Shown here one piece after another: positions 22,346 to 36,123 of a DNA stretch of 46,308 nt; position 1 is the stretch's first letter, and each line of letters starts with the position of its first letter. This stretch comes from Craspedostauros australis. Lineage: Eukaryota. The position numbers and the translations under genes were made by a program. The notes beneath the pieces are model-generated. The model did not search any database, had not been told where the DNA came from, and worked only from the letters and a program-made list of their open reading frames with translations. The stretch covers positions 1-46,308 of the forward strand of contig JALAGF010006034.1 of NCBI GenBank assembly GCA_030167865.1, in the 5' to 3' direction.

Positions 22346-23296
22346 TCACTCGTCCCAGAGGTTCTCAAGGGTGTAGGGGCCGCCAGGCGGGCAGAAGAAG
22401 GCACCATCGACGTACCGCGCATTCTTCTCGAGCTTCGCGATGGTCGCCATGTCCTCGTCGGACAAGTCCAGGTCGGCGGCCTTGAGATTCTGCAGCTGAC
22501 GTTCCGGAGAAACGCTCTTGGGAATGACGGAGGTGCCCCTCTTGAGGCCCCACGCCAGCAGGACCTGCGCTGGGGTCGCCCCGTCGTACTTGCTGGCGAT
22601 TTCCGCAACCGTCTTGTCCTGCAGGATGGGCACTTCGCCCTTGGCTCGGAATTCCGGGGCTCTGTCGTTGGATCCCAAAGGCGAGTACGCGGTGAGGTGG
22701 ATATTATGCTCCTTGCAGAACTTGAGCAGCTCCCCGCTCTGCAGGTATGGATGCAGTTCCACCTGGTTGACGGCAGGCTTGATCTTGGCGGGCCCTTCGC
22801 ACAGCTCCTTGAGCTTCTTGACAGAGAAGTTGGACACCCCGATGCTCTTGACCAGTCCCTTCTCGACGCACTTCTCCATGGCCTGCCAAGTGCTGAGGAT
22901 GGGGAGGTCGTCCAGCGAGATGAGGGCGCCGGAACCGTCGCTGGCCGCTGCCACGGGCCAGTGAATGAGGTAGAGATCGAGGTACTCCAGCTGCAGATCC
23001 TTGAGCGTCTTGCGCAACGCGCCTTCGACGTCCTCAGGTGCGTGATCCGCGTTCCAGAGCTTGGACGTGACGAAGAGGTCCTCTCGCGACAGATCCGGCT
23101 TGTTCTTGAAGATGTCCGCGAAGGCTTGTCCCACCTCGGGCTCGTTCTGGTAGACCTTGGCGCAGTCGATGTGACGGTATCCCATCTCGATGGCGCTCTT
23201 GACGGCTGCACCCACCACACCAGGATCTGACTTCCATGTTCCCAAGCCAAGGCCGGGCATGGTCGCGCCGCTGGAGAGGTTGAAGAATTTCATCAT
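22346..23296 (-). CDS. Aldo-keto reductase (AKR1-like NADP-dependent alcohol/aldehyde dehydrogenase)
   Basis: 316 aa, intronless. GLGTW, HIDCAKVY (Asp/Tyr), SKLW (Lys), LYLIHWP (His), IGVSNF, NQVELHP, AYSPLG and IPKS. Confidence 0.93.
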   Translation of the reverse strand: MMKFFNLSSGATMPGLGLGTWKSDPGVVGAAVKSAIEMGYRHIDCAKVYQNEPEVGQAFADIFKNKPDLSREDLFVTSKLWNADHAPEDVEGALRKTLKDLQLEYLDLYLIHWPVAAASDGSGALISLDDLPILSTWQAMEKCVEKGLVKSIGVSNFSVKKLKELCEGPAKIKPAVNQVELHPYLQSGELLKFCKEHNIHLTAYSPLGSNDRAPEFRAKGEVPILQDKTVAEIASKYDGATPAQVLLAWGLKRGTSVIPKSVSPERQLQNLKAADLDLSDEDMATIAKLEKNARYVDGAFFCPPGGPYTLENLWDE

Positions 23297-24014
23297 TTCG
23301 GTTTGTGTGTTGGTTTGGAGGAAGGGAAGGAGTTTGCAGTTGGAGTTGGCTTTGATTTATATTTATGACGTGTTGTGTATTGTGCGTTGTGCGTTGTGTG
23401 TTGTGCGCATGCGGAGGCGATACTCGTACCATAGATCGTGTAATAGCTTGTGCGGTGCAGTGTGTTGCGCTGCATTTGTGTTTGCGTTTGCGCTTCGGTT
23501 GGAGTGGTGGCGTTGTTCTCTTTGGGTGGAAGTCGTATCTTTGGATGATCCTGCCACGACGATCTTGGGCGTTCCTGGAATGGGTCTGAAGCGCAAGAAC
23601 GCAGCACGATCGTGCGAGAGTGGAAGGACAAGACATCAAATTGGAGCTTTCTCATGCCTTTGTCCGGGACTGAGACTGACGTCACTTTGGATCGCAACAA
23701 GACCACAAAAGATCCCAACACGAGGCGTGTCGACACCAACTCAGCAAACCAACACCTCGGCAATGGCGAAGACTCGGCAGACGCAGAGCAACTGCCTCAG
23801 TGCCGTCGCTCGTACTGTCCCAACATGTGCTCATGAGCATCATCGGGGTCAGAAACGCTGTCGGTATCAACATAATAGCACCACAAGCACAGTATTATAC
23901 GAGTAGTCCAGAGCACTCGTCGTATTCTTCCATACGATTAATGCAAGAAGACACCTAATCAGACAGCAAAGCCCAGAACAGGAACATCATCAACCTTCAA
24001 CAATCGCAACCAAG

Positions 24015-25101
24015 ATGCCAAACAGAACCACCATCGCAGTTGCCTTGTGCATCGCCGCATCGATCCATTCCTCATGCGCTTGGAACGTGGGGCCTAACAA
24101 CGGTGCCTCCACGGCACATGATCGCAGAGCGTTCTTCCAGAAGGCCATCTCGGCTGCTGCACTGACCACTCCTGCCTTCCTCATGCAACCGCAGACCGCC
24201 AACGCCCTCAGCACCCCAACCAGCAGCGAATTGGAGAGGCTGCGAAAGGGACACGCGCGCGTCAAGTACCTCCTGCAGGAATGGGACAAGGAGACGCAGG
24301 TATGCGGCAAGCTCATCATGTCGGACACCGAACGCAAGCAGATCGTCCGAACAGACGGTGCGTATGGTGCCACACAAGTACCTTTTTTGTTTCACAATGC
24401 TCTGTGCTGGACTGTACAATTCTGTGTTCATTCGACCACAGGTGGTGATTGATTGTTACTTCGCTTTGCAACGCAGGAAATCATGTGGTAGCTGGCTGTC
24501 GATGCGCAGCATCAACGCTTGTTGATGGGCGTCTGCTCGCATCAGCTTCTCGACTCGACTTTACTCTACCCCGCTTTATCTGTCTATCGCATTCTCACAT
24601 TCGCCGTGCCATTATCTTCCGATCATTCTGATCCAACTGTGTCGGGTTCCATGCCATCCTGCTCCATCATACGCCTTCGCATGCCTTTCGACTCGATTTT
24701 GTTGGCCTACTCCAACCGGTGTCGCAACGACGTCGGCAGGTGGAGGCGGCGTTGGATGCGAGAAGACGCCGTTGAAGGTGCAGGACTTCATGGGATACAA
24801 GTCCACCGAGGATCCGCTGTTCAAGGCTGACAAGCTCATGGTGCGTGCCGCGACGCTGGTGGACCCGGATGATTTCGAAGCCTACCTCGAGGTCGTGGAA
24901 AAGTACAAGGACAAGGCCGACAGCACGGCCATGATGGCCTACACATCATCCTGGGGCGAGGCCAATCCCAACGGCGGCAAGGACGTCATGGAGGACTACC
25001 TGGAGCAGACCAGGGCGGATGTCGTCGCGTCGGAACTCTACCTGCGGCAGATCCTGGAATTCCTCAATTTGGAGCAGCTGCCTGCATCCAAGAAACCATG
25101 A
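24015..25101 (+). CDS. Thylakoid-lumen protein of unknown function (234 aa); exons 24015-24357 and 24740-25101
   Basis: Signal peptide ending SCA|W, Tat motif DRRAFF and ANA|L cleavage site. Intron 24358-24739 (GTGCGT...CAG) joins RTD-G to GGGVGCEKTPLKVQDFMGYKST in frame. Confidence 0.75.
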
Positions 25102-25589
25102 ACAACCAACTGCTATCTTTGAAAGTATAATACTCATCAACCGGACCAACGCCAACCTGCAATCAAATCAAATCGAGTCAAATGAGTTGACTAAGGTGCA
25201 ACTGAAGTGGGGCGGACAGTATTTATCCTTGAACATCCAAGAACCTCTTTCCATGATCACTTGGCACCATGTTCGCGTTGTTGTTGTTGTTGTTGTTGTT
25301 GTTTGGCGCACGACTGACGGACACGCACGTTTCATGTTCAACCACACAATGACGTGACTGGCGCCGCCAAACCAAACACGCACACGAGACATCATGTTTT
25401 CGTGATGTGCATCATGCGAGTGCGACAACGACACAGCACCAATTGGGGCAGCGGCGAGTGAGGAACAAGAGCAAGGGACCACACAAAGAATTGTCATTCG
25501 TCCTGCGACGACTACTCTACCACACAGATACATAATATTCTATTACATTATATGTTGCACAAAGAAACGGTACTCTGATCACAACAATC

Positions 25590-26936
25590 ATGATGAAGCC
25601 ATCACTCCGTTCGTACTCGTGCGCACTTCTGGCCGTCTGCTGGTCGGAAGGATCAGCGGTGTCCGCCTTCGTGCCTGCGTCGCGATCGGGAGCTGGGGCG
25701 GTCATACGGTCCTCGTCGGCGCTTGCAGTGGCCGCAGACGCCACCGATAGTGATGTCGTCGCGATCAACCCCATCGTCGCCTCCGTCAAGGTCAGCAAGA
25801 CGGTGGAGATCTTCTCCCTCGTCAAGGAGATGGAGGCCGATGGACAGGAGGTCACATCGCTCTGTGTCGGCGAACCGGACTTTCCTCCGCCTCAGGCTGT
25901 GCTGGATGCCACCATCGCGGCCGTCTCCGATGGATCCACGAGGTACACAGCTGTGACGGGAACGGCGGACCTGCGGGAGGCCATCGCCGCGGATCTGGAG
26001 CGACGCAAGGGCGTCACGTACGACGCCAAGACGGAGATTGTCGTCGGCAACGGTGCCAAGCAGTGCGTGTACCAGGGAGTGTTGGCAACCTGCGGTCCTG
26101 GCGATGCAGTCATCGTCCCTGCCCCGTACTGGCCATCATATCCGGAGATGGTGGCGCTGGTCGGTGCGGAAACAGTCATCGTGGAAGCCGAGGCAGCCAA
26201 CGGATTCCTCGTCACTCCAGACACTCTGCGACAGACTCTGGAGCAGCATCCCAACACCAAGCTCATCATCCTGTGCAACCCTTCCAACCCAACCGGCGGC
26301 GTCTACCACCAGGAGCAGCTTGAAGCGCTGGCGAAGGTCTTGCGCGACTTCCCGCAAGTGGCCGTGCTTGCCGATGAAATCTACGAGCGCCTCGTCTACG
26401 ACGGGGAGTGCCCATCGTTTGCTGCCATGGAGGGCATGTTCGACCGCACGCTCACGGTCAACGGTTTCAGCAAGGCGTACGCCATGACAGGGTACCGTCT
26501 TGGATACGTCGCAGCACCGCGGCGTTTGGCCAAGGCCATCACCACCATCCAATCGCAGCTCACGTCCTGCGCAGGATCCATCTCTCAGGCTGCCGGAGTT
26601 GCAGCCTTGACGGCCGTGTCGGATGAAGAACTCGATGCCAACGTCGAGATCATGAGGACGAAGCGTGATTACGTCTTGGGAGAGCTGGCGAAGATCCCCA
26701 ACGTCTCCATCGAGATGCCGCCCAACGGTGCGTTTTACGCCCTCCCGGACGTATCGGCCTACTTTGGTGGGGACGACGCCACGCTGTGTTTGGAATTGCT
26801 CAAGGCAAAGAAATTGGCCATCGTGCCAGGATCGAGCTTCGGCAGGCCCGGCAGCGTCCGATTGAGCTACGCGACTAGCATGGAGGAGCTCGAGACGGCA
26901 ATGACGAAGCTTCGGGAGTTCTTGATGGAGCAGTAA
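25590..26936 (+). CDS. Plastid-targeted class I PLP aminotransferase (aspartate/prephenate aminotransferase, subgroup Ib)
   Basis: Signal peptide plus VSA|FVP (ASAFAP-type) motif. Also KVSKT, GEPDF, NGAKQ, PYWPSY, NPSNPTG, DEIY and NGFSKAYAMTGYRLGY (PLP lysine). Confidence 0.9.
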   Translation: MMKPSLRSYSCALLAVCWSEGSAVSAFVPASRSGAGAVIRSSSALAVAADATDSDVVAINPIVASVKVSKTVEIFSLVKEMEADGQEVTSLCVGEPDFPPPQAVLDATIAAVSDGSTRYTAVTGTADLREAIAADLERRKGVTYDAKTEIVVGNGAKQCVYQGVLATCGPGDAVIVPAPYWPSYPEMVALVGAETVIVEAEAANGFLVTPDTLRQTLEQHPNTKLIILCNPSNPTGGVYHQEQLEALAKVLRDFPQVAVLADEIYERLVYDGECPSFAAMEGMFDRTLTVNGFSKAYAMTGYRLGYVAAPRRLAKAITTIQSQLTSCAGSISQAAGVAALTAVSDEELDANVEIMRTKRDYVLGELAKIPNVSIEMPPNGAFYALPDVSAYFGGDDATLCLELLKAKKLAIVPGSSFGRPGSVRLSYATSMEELETAMTKLREFLMEQ

Positions 26937-27212
26937 GCACGTGCGGATCAGCAGATTGGCAGATTAACGGATGGATGAATGTGCGAAGGATGCGCAAGTT
27001 GAGTGGCAAGAACTCGGGAATTCGGCAATCCAAGAATGTCCCTCCACCACACATTCAAAGCTGGTGTCCGCATCGCACCTCTCTAGGGATCGCGTTAAGC
27101 TAATAGTCTGACTGCCTGCAATGCAGTGTAGTATTGTCATCTTTTATACAATAGTACTCATATAACATTTCGTGATCATGGTCTTGTGCGCCGCTGACAA
27201 CCATTATATGTA

Positions 27213-27319
27213 GTACTCGCATCTCGCTGTACTCGCATCTCGCTGTACTCGCATCTCGCTGTACTCGCATCTCGCTGTACTCGCATCTCGCTGTACTCGC
27301 ATCTAGCTGTACTCACATC
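27213..27319. repeat. 16-bp tandem minisatellite GTACTCGCATCTCGCT, about 6.7 copies
   Basis: Five perfect units from 27213, one unit with a single mismatch and a partial unit. Lies between two convergent genes. Confidence 0.95.
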
Positions 27320-27486
27320 ATGCTTCGTTAAGGAACATTGCAGAGTGGGCCAGGTCTGCGTGCTTCAACATCGGTGCAGCGCAGAGTGCTTGTCTGCATC
27401 AATCTCTTGCCCAATCAGTCTCTCTATCTTTTCCAGAGACACCGAGTACAGGTAATCAATATCTACTCCTTCGCGTTGGTTTCCAA

Positions 27487-29622
27487 TCACACCAGCCAAC
27501 CAGGCTCATCCTGTTCCTCAATTCTGTTGAAGACGATGGGAGATTCGGAGGGCGGCCCGAAGAAGTCACCTGGTGTTTGCCAGATGAACGCGATCTCGCC
27601 CGTCTCTAACAACGCCAACGTCCCGGTGGACCAATACGGGTTGGTGAAATCCATCATCGACAATATCCCCCATCCATTCCAGCTTTGAACCACTCTTTTA
27701 TTGTCAGGCGGTGGGCGGGAAATGTTGGACATTCCATCGTTGGGAGTCGTGTGGAAACGTTCCGCGTTCCTGTCCACCATGGATGGCGCTGCGGGTCGCC
27801 CTCGACAATCGATGCTGGGCGACAACAATGCGCCAAAGGTGAGCTCCGTCGCTGGCACGTGCGTGTCGCCCGTCACCTTGACGCCGACACAGAACACGAT
27901 CTTGTTCAACCGCTGATCGCGCTCACTGCTTGCGCCAATGCTCTCAATGCTGCTTGCTGATAAAGAGTGCTCTGTCCTGGCTGCATTGAAGCCAGTTTTC
28001 ATGGCATGGAACAGGTGGTCTGGATCATGAACTCCACAGCCTGCGCCAAAGACCGTGTTCTGAATGTCCTCCCACACAAGCTCACCATCCACATTGGAAC
28101 CAAGGTCATACTCCCAGTAATCCAAACGGATAACCTCCCTGCGGAACTTACCGTACCTCGCGCCATAATCCCCCGAGTACAAGCCACTCGGTGGTAGCGT
28201 CGGCACGGTTGTCGATCCTCGAAGCCGCAACTTGGCATTGTGCAGTGAATGGTCTCCTGGCAGCGACTCCGCCAAACTCGTACTAACGCTGGCACCGGCA
28301 CCGGCACAAGGCACGAGCTCTGGGAGCGCCACGCGAATAGGATTTGCGGTATGCCGTACCATCTGTGCTGGCAAGTACCCGTCTATTACCCGCTTGTGGA
28401 TTCCCCAGTCTGGGTTGTCTTCTGTTGCCTTGCCGTACGGAAGGCTCGGGCCGTCCATGTATTCAAAATTAAATTCCTGAAATGCCGCCCATCTCGCCAT
28501 CACGAAGTGAATTGATCCTTTTTCTCTGCAGGAGAGCGATTCTATTGCGTCGTTGATGGCATCAAAGAGACTCACCTTCTGACGTTTTCTGCCAGACAAT
28601 CTGTACTCTCCAAACACATTCAGAGTGATGTGAGTCGGAGCGAAGGATTCCGCAAAGCTGGCGCAGCGCGAGTTATTTCTCGGGACGAACCTTTTGGGCT
28701 CAAGGGGTTGAGAGTTGTGACTGAATTCGCCCGATCCGTCCAAACCGAGTGCGCGAATATCTTTTCCTTTGCCTAGATCCATGATGGGTTGGGTTGTGAG
28801 GTGGTGCTCGACCCCGCAGAACCGCATGCCATGGGGATTACCTGAAACCTCGTCAAACCGCACCTGCAAAAGCCGGTGATGAGCGAATTTGGTACTGTTC
28901 GGCGTCTCGGGCCAGAGGGCATCAGCAATGAAGTAAAGATCGTGGCTATGATCAGGAAGTGCACTCGCACCGGCCTCTGTATCTGACTTTTGTGCCTGCT
29001 TTTGGGAAGCAGTTGCACTGACTGCCTTTTGCGAGTTCAGCGGTGCATTGGCCTTGAGAAGTGCCGCTCTTGATCGAGCGTCACCAACGAAGGGATCATC
29101 CGCTGCGTCGATTAATTCCAACCGAAAGCGAACGAGCATCCCGTGCATATATGCGTCGCTGACAGTGTAGTATCCTTGCCTTTCCCCCCAATAGTCGGTT
29201 ATCTTATAGAGAACCCGCCAGGAAAGGAATTGGCATGGTCGCGCAAGGTGGATTCGATGACTGAGGGTTGCTGTGGCTGTGGATGTGGATGTAGACGTGG
29301 ATGCTGTGGTGAGCTTGCCGCCCATTTGGTTGTTGCCAAGCTGCTTGAACGCGTGCCAACGACCGCAACACAAGGCTTGGTAGATGTCCTCCAGCTCTTG
29401 CTTCACATGTTGCATGTGCGCAGGTGTATGCGTATGCGTATGCGAGTGGTCAGTAAATCCGCCCGCAGAACCCGTATTCGTGAACGCCCGCTCCTTCAAC
29501 ACAAGTCCTATCAGAGGCGTGAGAGTGGCCTCATTCGTATCCACGAAGGAAAAGATCGAGGCCAGCACTTCATCGGGCAACGTCGTCAGCGGACATGAAG
29601 GTGGAGTTCGTGCTTCTGCCAT
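27487..29622 (-). CDS. F-box protein with C-terminal DUF3506/cyclin D1-binding-like domain (FBXO31-like architecture)
   Basis: LTTLPDEVLASIFSFVD F-box start near the N-terminus. C-terminal SGLYSGDYG...YG...EVI and GVKVTGDTHVPA resemble the GLxxGxYG and KxTGDxxVPA motifs of DUF3506. The start codon is uncertain because the ORF stays open up to 29958. Confidence 0.65.
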   Translation of the reverse strand: MAEARTPPSCPLTTLPDEVLASIFSFVDTNEATLTPLIGLVLKERAFTNTGSAGGFTDHSHTHTHTPAHMQHVKQELEDIYQALCCGRWHAFKQLGNNQMGGKLTTASTSTSTSTATATLSHRIHLARPCQFLSWRVLYKITDYWGERQGYYTVSDAYMHGMLVRFRLELIDAADDPFVGDARSRAALLKANAPLNSQKAVSATASQKQAQKSDTEAGASALPDHSHDLYFIADALWPETPNSTKFAHHRLLQVRFDEVSGNPHGMRFCGVEHHLTTQPIMDLGKGKDIRALGLDGSGEFSHNSQPLEPKRFVPRNNSRCASFAESFAPTHITLNVFGEYRLSGRKRQKVSLFDAINDAIESLSCREKGSIHFVMARWAAFQEFNFEYMDGPSLPYGKATEDNPDWGIHKRVIDGYLPAQMVRHTANPIRVALPELVPCAGAGASVSTSLAESLPGDHSLHNAKLRLRGSTTVPTLPPSGLYSGDYGARYGKFRREVIRLDYWEYDLGSNVDGELVWEDIQNTVFGAGCGVHDPDHLFHAMKTGFNAARTEHSLSASSIESIGASSERDQRLNKIVFCVGVKVTGDTHVPATELTFGALLSPSIDCRGRPAAPSMVDRNAERFHTTPNDGMSNISRPPPDNKRVVQSWNGWGILSMMDFTNPYWSTGTLALLETGEIAFIWQTPGDFFGPPSESPIVFNRIEEQDEPGWLV

Positions 29623-30297
29623 CCTTGCTGGCTCTGTGCGGCTTGATGTGGTTGTGCACTTGCCATGCATGTATCGTTCGAGTACGGTGAAAATGTCTGG
29701 GATGCAGTCAGTCTGAACTTCTGCTCTGGCTTTTGTGATTGCGCGAGGATCTACTCTGAGCAGGACGATGAAGATGACGGCGAAGAACAATCCACCCGAG
29801 CAGGATGCAAACATGGTCGCGCACAACAGAGAGCCGAATCTTCCATTCCGCACCACGCGAACGACACAGAACAACAACAGATTGCGCATTTTGGCGCGTT
29901 GGCGTGATGTATCGTGCATGACCACTTCGACCATCATTGACATCCAATGCACGATCACATCGACTCAAAAAGAAGACAAGTCAAAGGATTCAATTCGACC
30001 CAATCGTTCGTTTCGTGACGTCATCAGCGAATTCTCATCGGCGAACTTCGCGGAAAACAACGAAGCAAATCGAGAACGACGCAGTTCCAATGGAGGCCAA
30101 ACCAACGCCAAATCCAACCGCCGGAAGGGAAAGAGGAGAATGACAACGAAACAGCAGCAGCAAAGGCGAAGACCAAGAAGCCAAAACCAAATGAGAGCAG
30201 CTGCGTTGTCTCATCCATAATCATCCATTCAACCCATCGCTTCAGCACCCACGGACGATACAACACAGCGTGAATACCCCATACTCTGCATAATACC

Positions 30298-32668
<2,371 letters not shown>

Positions 32669-32996
32669 GCATATACTCTCTGCAGAGAGCAGTCTGTTGC
32701 AACACTGCTTGCTGTTGATTGTGATGACAAATTTTTCCGAACGTGGGACAGACATGTATTTCTATCATCAAATGCACGCGTGCATCCATGCAGCAGCATG
32801 GGACCAGTGCCGTAGAGTATGCCACACCATGCCATGATTTTCATCGCCACGAGACGACAACAACAGTACGAGATGGTAGAGTACTCTACATAATAGTACT
32901 CAATTCTACTCTGCACAGCATTCTACCTACTCTGAGCTAATTGTGTATTTCAGCATCCTGCGCAATACGAACCATAGTGCCACCCCTTTCATCGCT

Positions 32997-34933
32997 CTAC
33001 TCGCATCCGAGTTGAGCAATCAGCGATCGGATTGTCGTCAATCCAAGGCGATACCCATTGTCTCCACCTGGCTCGAGCCGGACCCTCCCCAAATCGATCA
33101 ATGCCAATCGAACTTCTTCTGCTCCTTCTCCTCGCAGATCATGCATCCGACTCGGGTCACCCTCGCGAACGAAGAGGATGGAGCTGGCATAGAACGCAAA
33201 TGTCCTGTTGTCACCAAACCATGACATCATGGCATCCAGCTTCTGCAGTGTCTGTTTGATCGCTAGGTTGTTGTATTCTAGCTCTGATGCAGAGCTCTGC
33301 ACCGGATCCACGAAGAATACCTTCATGAGATTGGACACATCATCCAGGCTCGTCAAGGAACGCCCAAAGTGTTTAGACACGGTAAGGTACTTCGTGTCGG
33401 GATCGTACTGGATTCGATCACTTGCAATGCCAACTCGACCAATCGATGACTTGTTGCCACCATGGATGGAATCGAGACCGCTGCTGTCGCTTTTCTTAGC
33501 ATTGTCTTCCTCACCGCTGCCGCTGTTGCTATGAACATTCTTCAAGTACACAAGTCGAGAAGTGCGCTGCTGTTGGCAACTATGATCTTGATCTTGATCG
33601 CCATCGTACAATCGCGCGCCGACCAATCGAAAGCCAAACTCTCGCTGTTGAGGATACTTGGACGCCTCACGATGCTGTTTTTCGGGAGATGCATCGGGTT
33701 CAAATGTTTGCGTGCCGAATTTGATGTCCATGATGTGTGGCTTTGAAAACGATTGGAGGATGTTCTCCAACGCCAGATACGTTGTGGATACGTTGCTATC
33801 CGCGCTGTTCTTAATGTCGCTGGACGAGCGCTGTGGTGCAGACACGGCTGGTGGAATCCCCAATGGCTCCCACGATGCAACTGTTGGATCGCCTTCCGCT
33901 GACAATCTCAGTTGCATCGCGCCATGATACTTCGGAACGAAATCTTTGAGCTGACGAAGCTTGGCGACCTCAAGACTGCTGAGCCCCAACAGCGCATGCT
34001 GGGGTTGAGTGCACTTGGTCTTGTCCGTTGCAAGTTCAGCACAGTTGGGCATGCAAAGAGATGCTGCCTGTTGAGCCGCAGCTGCGGTGGCATCTACTGC
34101 TGCGATTGAATTGTTTCGGTCCTCCTCGTCAGTGCTTTCCAACATGTCATAGAACGCGAGTTCCCGAAACCCACGATGGTCCGCCCGAAGTGGCTGCGAA
34201 TGGAATCCAGAACAGGTTATGGGGTGGTCGGGGAGTCATGGTAGTTCGGGAGTTGGTTAGGTGGGTATGTGAGCAGGTGAGATTATGTAGGATCGAGTTG
34301 GCACTTGCTGGATGGTACATACATCAACGACAGCGTGTATTGACAGCGTGTATTGACAGCGTGTATTGACAGCATGCAATGATCTGCCGCTATCTACGCC
34401 TCCTGCAATGGCAATGATGGACTCACCTTGAGGATGGAATTCCCGAGCTGAAGCAAGTTCGATTTATGCGCTGACATCCCACCAACCTGAAGGGGAAATG
34501 GTTGGATGAGATCACAGGCATCCTTCTGTTTCCCGGCATGATCGACCTGCGAACGTAGCCATTTGGAAGTTTTTTCGCGTACTTGTGCCCGCACATGGGA
34601 ACGCAATCGTTCATTGTCATGGTCTATCTACTCCACCATGTGGCAACATGAAGATCGTACGGCAACGGTGGCGCAAAACGCAGAACAGGAGAGTGTGAGA
34701 CTGTTGCGGCAGCGGTCAAAGGGTGGACGACCAACTGAAGTATTGGTAGAGTGTGCGCTTGACCGATCCAATGTCGATAGGAATGCCCAATTGCACATGC
34801 GCAGCCATCCCGCTCATCCAGTGTGGTCCGAACATACCAACGGCCTTGATCTCGATCGATGCTGCGTGTCAGGGCCATCCCAAGATCGCCCTGCATCGCT
34901 CTCGTTCCCACTATCATCGTTTGCCTGAGACAT
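32997..34933 (-). CDS. Inositol polyphosphate (multi)kinase, IPK family (about 497 aa); exons 34933-34838, 34627-34427 and 34193-32997
   Basis: QVGG at the N-terminus, spliced LK|PLRADHRGFRELAFY, PHIMDIKFG (PxxxDxKxG), GFRLVG, FYASSILF and LALIDLG. Donors GTATGT and GTGAGT, phase-0 joins. The first exon is the least certain. Confidence 0.85.
34329..34373. repeat. 13-bp tandem repeat GACAGCGTGTATT x3.5 in an IPK intron
   Basis: Three perfect copies plus a partial copy, read directly from the sequence. Confidence 0.85.
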
Positions 34934-36123
34934 TGCAAGTGGTTCACTCTACTTTTGTGCTTCGCGCGGCGTACCATGCAACTTGCGCGTTGGGGTGTAG
35001 TGGAACATTGTCATCGCGGAGGATACCCCGCCATGGTGCACATCTTCTTGATCATTGCGGAAGAGACCAACCATGTGCAGGAACATGTCGCCATGAGGCC
35101 GCAAGAAAGGCGAAGGGCGGTGCTGGTGCTGTTGTTGGTGTTGGTGTCACGCCTCGTGCAGAAATATCTTTTCGATCGTGGGAGAAATCATGTGCATTCT
35201 TATCACGGTGTCACACTGCGACATGATCTTTTCACACAGCACACCTCACTCCGAGCAGCAAACAAGACCAACAATTGCACAACGAGAAAACCAGCAAATC
35301 ATGATGAGACGTCTTCATCCGTTCAAGAGACAGCAAGAGAGAAGGAGAGAAGCCTCCGCGGTACCCGACTCAACAACATTGGCAATCACGTTTCTCCCAA
35401 CCTCTTTCTCATTCGGCCATGACTTGTCGTCTTTGTTGGGATCTGCCATTGCTTTGACGAAAGACGCCGCAGGAGTCGATCCCGTGACACATCATTCCTT
35501 CGCCAACTTTGTTCGGCCCACCCAGCTCGCGGAAGGCGACGGTGGCTCGCATTCGTCCGCCTGGCATCGTTCTTTACGCGACAGTGGCGAAAATTGACAA
35601 ACAAGATCAAAGCACAGCGGAATTTTTAGATAAGGACGCGAAGCCTTCCTGCCCGAATTTGTGGTGATGTTGCCAAGATCGGTGATTTGGTCGACGAAAA
35701 ATTCGTCCGTTCACATTTTAGACTGAAGAGAATCTCCAAGTGCATAAATTTGACGCCGTTCGTTCGCCAGATCGCATTGCTTCGCTCACCTGCTATATCT
35801 TCCACCTCTCGCCTCTTTAACCATGCGTCGACCCTCCTGCCACCACCGCACATTACTGTGTGAGATATAGTACTGTGCGAACGCAATGGTTCCACCTTCC
35901 TCACATCGCATCGAATCGTATCAAATCTCTTGTCTTGTCGAGCCTATCTCTCCTCCAACGGAGTTGTTGTGATCATAAAAATCAAAGCATCGATACTCCG
36001 ATCTCCCCACAAAAACCAATCGCATCCGCATCCGCTATCGCACATCCCAGCATTGCAACGCAACACATCACAAAGCAAACAAACAACCCATCCTCACTTT
36101 TCATCCAATCAATACTATTCATC

